Positions 61,255 to 64,000 of a DNA stretch of 64,000 nt are shown here, piece after piece (the first letter of the stretch is position 1; every line of letters begins with the position of its first letter). The translations under genes and the position numbers were made by a program. The DNA comes from Phyllobates terribilis (Eukaryota). The stretch is taken from the NCBI RefSeq assembly GCF_046119375.1, contig NW_027362773.1, positions 211,916,001 through 211,980,000 of the forward strand, read 5' to 3'. The notes under the pieces were generated by a model that did not search any database, was not told the origin of the DNA, and was given only the letters and a program-made list of their open reading frames with translations.

Positions 61255-64000
61255 CAGGGCCGACCCGAACGTATAGGCGAACTAGGCGGCCGCCTAGGGT
61301 GCCAACCCTAAGGGGGCGCCAGAGAAAAAATTATAAAAAATCTTTTCAAAAGGCAAAAAGTTTTAGGGATGGAAAGAAAAGTGTACATAAATTTTTTTTT
61401 ACCTTAAATTTAAAAGAAAAATCGTTGAGCTTCAATTTACGCACGGAAAGGAGGCGCTAAACTACGGACGTGAGTCGTTTGCATCGTCTGCTGACAGGTG
61501 TTTGATCCCGCGCGTTTATTTTGCTCCTAAGTTTTCAAATGTTGGCAAAGTAAACAACCAAAAATGCACACACTACACTAAGGGGACGCCCGAGAGAAAT
61601 AAATACGTATACTTAAAAGGTAGGTGTACCATATGGCCGATTTATACGTAGTTTGGACTTTAGGTACTAGGTACTAGTTGTCGATTATATTGATAGATGT
61701 CATCAGCAGTCGATGCGGCTAGTGGGAGGAGTCTGTTTTGACGCATTGGCGTAGACTGCCTGGACTGCCAGTCAGGCCAGCTAAGGCAAGGGAGATAGTA
61801 TCTACGTTTTTTGCATATCGGCGCTCGCGATTATAATATTTTCGAGGTATGTCTCTACTGTTTGCATGCTTTATGATGTGAGCCATTGCTGTTATTTTGT
61901 ATATTCATTAGATTCATTGTTCCATGAGGTTTCATGAATGCAAATAGAAAATAGGAGGTTTTTAGTAAATTTTTGGCCTAGGTTCTAAAGTGTTAGGCGC
62001 TGCGAGGTAGGTATATTGTTTTGATTTTCAAAAATATTGGAAACATTGGAAATTAATCGTATTATATAATGTTCAGATAACAATTTTAATCGGCGCGTTA
62101 ACTTTTAGGTAAATGCTGTGTGTTGTAACGAGTCATGGCTGATAAGAAGAAAAAACTTTCGGGGTTTCAGAACCGTAAAAGAAAAGCTGAGGAGGAGAAA
62201 TCACTTTCAAAAATCAAAGGGTCATTTTTAAAATATCTAAGCAATAGAAATGAAGACGCGGAATTCCAAACGTTGGAACAACAGGCTTCTGTTGCCTCGG
62301 AAATATCGAATGTGGAAATAGAATTTGTTTCTCATGCTGAAAATAGTGAACTACAACCACCAATATCTGGTGGTAGATCTGATCAAAGTACCAGTACTGA
62401 CATGGAGGCTGGTACATCTATAGAAATACTACGCAAAGACTATTGGGACGATCCCGCTACGTGGACCGTAATCAATGATGACTTACGCCTAGATGTAGTA
62501 AAACTCGGCCCCACACAAGTTAAAGATTTCGATTTTCCTTTGGACACTAATCGTAGAAAATTTTCTTGTGTTCACTATAAGCGTCGTCTTGTCAATGGTG
62601 AAAGTCTTGAACGCAATTGGCTAACGTATTCTATTCAGAAAAATTCAGTTTTTTGTTTTTGCTGCACGTTGTTTCCAGACTCATCACTTCAACTAGGAAT
62701 CATCAAATGCTCAGCCTTAGGTACTGATGGTGTAAATGACTGGAAAAACATATCTGCTATTTTAGCCAGCCACGAAAAAAGCAAAGATCACATGATTAGC
62801 TTTCAAAAATGGAAGGAACTCGAAAATAGACTTAAGATGAACAAGACCATTGACGAAGAACACTTACGCAAAATTGAAGAGCAAGAAAAATACTGGCATC
62901 AAATTTTAGAAAGGTTGATAGCTCTAGTGAGGGTACTAGGTACGCAAAACTAAGCGTTCCGTGGATCAAATGATGCATTGTTTGCATCTAATAATGGGAA
63001 CTTTTTGAAATTTGTGGAGTATTTTGCTATGTTCGATCCCGTCATGTGTGAGCACATTCGGAAAATCGGGACAAAGAGATTCATGCACATTATTTGGGAA
63101 AAACAATACAGAATGAGATGATTCAACTGCTAAGTAATGGTATTCAGGAAAAGATTCTTGACGATGTCAAAACTGCAAAATACTTTTCTGTAGAGCTGGA
63201 TTGTACTTCTGACGTGTCTCATGCTGAACAAATGACTATCATTGTTCGGTTTGTTTCCACATCAGAAGACAAAAAGTTTGAAATTAAAGAGCACTTCTTG
63301 GGATTCATTCCTGTTTCTGATACAACTGGAGGTGGTTTGACAGCCGCGGTCTTGAACAAATTTGAAGAACTGTCGCTCTCTGTGGACAACTTACGAGGGC
63401 AAGGCTACGACAATGGGAGCAACATGAAGGGAAAAAACATTGGACTACAAAGACTTATTTTGGACATAAACCCACGTGCATTCTTTGTGCCTTGCAGCTC
63501 CCATTCTCTAAACTTAGTCGTCAACGATGCCGCTAAATGTTGTTTTGGAGCGACAACTTTTTTCCTGTTAGTTCAAAATCTGTACGTATTTTTCTCTTCG
63601 TCAACTCAGCGTTGGGAAGTACCCGTGCGTCATTTGCCATCTCTGACTCTAAAACCTCTAAGCGAAACAAGGTGGGAAAGTAGAATTGATGCTCTGGCCC
63701 CCCCCCCCCATTACCAATTGAGCGAAGTCCATGATGCCCTAATGGACATAGCAGAAAATATTAGTCTCACAGGAAGCTCTGGAAATGTCTCCCGGCTAGA
63801 AGCTCAAGGTCTTGCTAAACAAGTTGGAACCTTTTCTTTTGTTACATCTGTTCTAGTATGGTTCAACATTTTGTACAAAATCAATTTGACAAGTAAGTTA
63901 CTTCAGTCACAAGAATTCGATTTAGCTGCTGCTTCTCAACACCTTGACAAAACAAAGAAATATCTGCAATCATTAAGAAGCGATGAAGAGTTTGAGAAGC
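61255..64000 (+). mobile_element. hAT transposon (ZMYM1-like/DUF4371 transposase from 62135), runs off the window; stop at 62951-53 and later frameshifts
   Basis: CAGGGCCG terminus; TTF-type zinc finger (WLTYSIQKNSVFCFCC); NxAFRG, LDCTSDVSH, RGQGYDNGSNM, CSSHSLNL, SETRWESR. Confidence 0.92.

Noticed and set aside
58844-64000. SNTB2 exon 5
   Set aside because: No segment resembling the expected LVHSG...FATRTG sequence was found; it presumably lies downstream of the window.

Overview
Vertebrate genomic DNA, most likely an anuran (frog), inferred from gene sequences and repeat content. Three host genes lie in the order known from human 16q22: CHTF8 (minus strand, complete, 3 coding exons, 122 aa), UTP4/cirhin (plus, complete, 16 coding exons, 687 aa) and SNTB2 (plus, exons 1-4, continues past the window). 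CHTF8 and UTP4 share a compact bidirectional promoter. The introns are packed with mobile DNA: two DIRS1-type tyrosine-recombinase retrotransposons, a very young chromodomain Gypsy (Tf1/sushi-type) LTR element, six Tc1 copies from four families, a hAT transposon, an L2 fragment, a tRNA-derived SINE, MITEs and minisatellites. The main second-look signals are: (i) three ORF-less inverted-repeat structures carrying minimal hammerhead-ribozyme motifs, one with a compensated U3:A8 core on the CHTF8 pre-mRNA strand; (ii) a tRNA-independent self-priming structure in the Gypsy element; (iii) unexpected features of the DIRS elements: an intron in gag, a terminal splice donor in both families, and convergent CTCF-like motifs in the terminal repeats. 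All calls were made by eye, without database searches or folding software.
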